Assembly: GCA_965140705.1 (NCBI GenBank)
Contig: OZ223300.1
Coordinates: 992,001 to 1,056,000, forward strand
Source: an uncultured Arcobacter sp.
GTDB lineage: Bacteria > Campylobacterota > Campylobacteria > Campylobacterales > Arcobacteraceae
DNA: 64,000 nucleotides
Direction: 5' to 3'
Position 1 is the stretch's first letter, and each line of letters begins with the position of its first letter. The position numbers and the translations under genes were made by a program. Below, piece after piece: positions 62,536 through 64,000 of this stretch. Under the pieces are notes generated by a model that saw only the letters and a program-made list of their open reading frames with translations, did no database searches and was not told where the DNA came from.

Positions 62536-63579
62536 TTATAAGCCTTTACTTATGAGGTTTTGTGGAAAGATATATTTAAATGTTGTAACTTCATCTGAAA
62601 GTATCTCAACTTTTATATCATAATTATCACAAATTGATTTTACAATATTTAATCCTAGTCCAAGACCTATGTTTTTTACTTTTTCTTGATAATACTTTTC
62701 AAAAACTAAAGAGGTGTCTTTTATCTTTATTCCTTCATTTATTATTTCTAGTTGATAATTTTTAAGAGCAATTACTACTGTTGTATTTTCAAAAGAGTAT
62801 TTTATGGCATTTGAAAGTGTATTATCAATTATTCTTTCAAACTCATATTCATCCATTAAAACTTCAAATTCATCACTTATCTCTAAGTCCAAAATTATAT
62901 TTTTTGTTTTTGCAATCTCATCAAAAAAAATTATTCTTGAAGATAAAAAGTTTACGAGATTTATTGCTTTTATATTTTTTTGCATAGTTTGTTTTTTTGT
63001 TAAATAATAAAGGTCATTATATATTGAAGAGAGGGATTTTGAAGAGGCTTTTATGGCTTCAAACTGCTCTTTTGGTCCTAATTGACGCTCTAAGTTATCA
63101 ACATTTAGTGAAATAATACTAAGTGGAGTATTCATCTCATGGATTATTTTTTTTAAGAAAAAATCTTGTTGTTGGAGGAGACTTAAAATAGTTTGGTTAT
63201 TTTCAAAAATCTTAAGTTGAGTTTTTATTCTAGCTAATACCTCTTCTTTTTCAAAAGGCTTAGTAATATAATCAACTCCTCCTTGTTCGAAGGCTTTTAC
63301 TTTTATTTCTATATCATCAATGGCACTTATGAAAATAATAGGAATATCTTTTAATTTATCATTTGCTTTAAATAATTTACAAACTTCAAATCCATCAATA
63401 TCAGGCATCTTAATATCAAGCAAGATTAAATCAGGAGGATAACTCTCTGAGGATTTTAATGCAAAACTAGGATCTGTAGTAGCTCTGATGTTATAGTCGT
63501 AATTTTTAAGTATGTTATTTAGATAATGTAGGTTTTCATCTTTATCATCTATGATTAATATTGTATATTTTTTATGCAT
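62536..63579 (-). CDS. Cytoplasmic hybrid receiver-histidine kinase
   Basis: Receiver (IDD, LDIKMP, KPF) plus HEMNTPL, NAIKYS, GLGLGL. Confidence 0.9.
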   Translation of the reverse strand: MHKKYTILIIDDKDENLHYLNNILKNYDYNIRATTDPSFALKSSESYPPDLILLDIKMPDIDGFEVCKLFKANDKLKDIPIIFISAIDDIEIKVKAFEQGGVDYITKPFEKEEVLARIKTQLKIFENNQTILSLLQQQDFFLKKIIHEMNTPLSIISLNVDNLERQLGPKEQFEAIKASSKSLSSIYNDLYYLTKKQTMQKNIKAINLVNFLSSRIIFFDEIAKTKNIILDLEISDEFEVLMDEYEFERIIDNTLSNAIKYSFENTTVVIALKNYQLEIINEGIKIKDTSLVFEKYYQEKVKNIGLGLGLNIVKSICDNYDIKVEILSDEVTTFKYIFPQNLISKGL

Positions 63580-63654
63580 CAATTATCTCATTTTATATTG
63601 CTTTGTTGCTAAGATTATAGAATAAAAGATATAAAATCAAAATGAGGTACTAAT

Positions 63655-64000
63655 TTGAATCTAAAAAAACTCTTTATGTTATTATTTATATTAAATACTA
63701 TCTCTTTTATTAGTGTGGCTATTGTCATAAATAAATATCAAAACTCTACAGTAAAACTAGAAAATGCCTATCAAATGCAATACAAATCACTTATTCTAGC
63801 CCATGAATTAAGACAAAGTAGTGATGACTTGACAAGGATGGCAAGAACATATGTAATTACAGGTAATCCTCGTTTTGAAGAGCAATATAAAACAGTACTA
63901 GATATAAGGAATGGTAAAAAGAATAGACCTAAAAGATATAATGGTATATTTTGGGATTTTTATACTTTAGATGGCACAAAACCAGTTTTAGATGGTGAAA
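63655..64000 (+). CDS. Membrane sensor protein (kinase or chemoreceptor N-terminus), truncated by the window end; absent from the ORF track
   Basis: GAGGT RBS, TTG start, TM helix, then ELRQSSDDLTRMARTYVITG...LDIRNG..RP..Y..IFWD; frame open to 64000. Confidence 0.75.
   Translation, partial: MNLKKLFMLLFILNTISFISVAIVINKYQNSTVKLENAYQMQYKSLILAHELRQSSDDLTRMARTYVITGNPRFEEQYKTVLDIRNGKKNRPKRYNGIFWDFYTLDGTKPVLDGE

Noticed and set aside
1037..63007. Short antisense or overlapping ORFs in the track (for example 1037-1321, 11371-11673, 17396-17584, 27189-27521, 56427-56645)
   Set aside because: Shadows of well-supported genes with no motifs or RBS.

Overview
AT-rich chromosomal window from a Campylobacterota bacterium. 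Gene content and protein style suggest Arcobacteraceae (inference). Housekeeping genes flank the window: hldE-gmhA-apt-trpB-dedA-pepA on the left; fhs, pstSCAB, ychF, recO, ppnP and two-component genes on the right. The centre (about 10.3-39.7 kb) is a formate/selenium island. It holds two complete selenocysteine formate dehydrogenase clusters (each fdhA is split in the ORF track by an in-frame UGA followed by a SECIS hairpin), fdhD and sulfur/Moco accessory genes, a binding protein-kinase-regulator trio, a Tat transglutaminase-like/MerT/MerP operon, a YedF/DsrE-like gene, a double-cubane reductase with its ATPase, and selD(Sec)-selC-selA-selB. Non-coding signals the ORF track does not explain: (1) a 510-570 bp dyad element present twice in opposite orientation (9776-10286, 39701-40266), each made of two back-to-back units with conserved loops and covarying stems; (2) two integron cassettes with 69-bp attC sites and no integrase in the window (40385-41585); (3) a shared GTAAA-N6-TTTAC operator at four promoters; (4) GGN-loop SECIS-like hairpins in four 5' leaders. 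One FdhC paralogue has lost both ligands of the distal heme. All calls were made by eye; no searches or folding programs were run.
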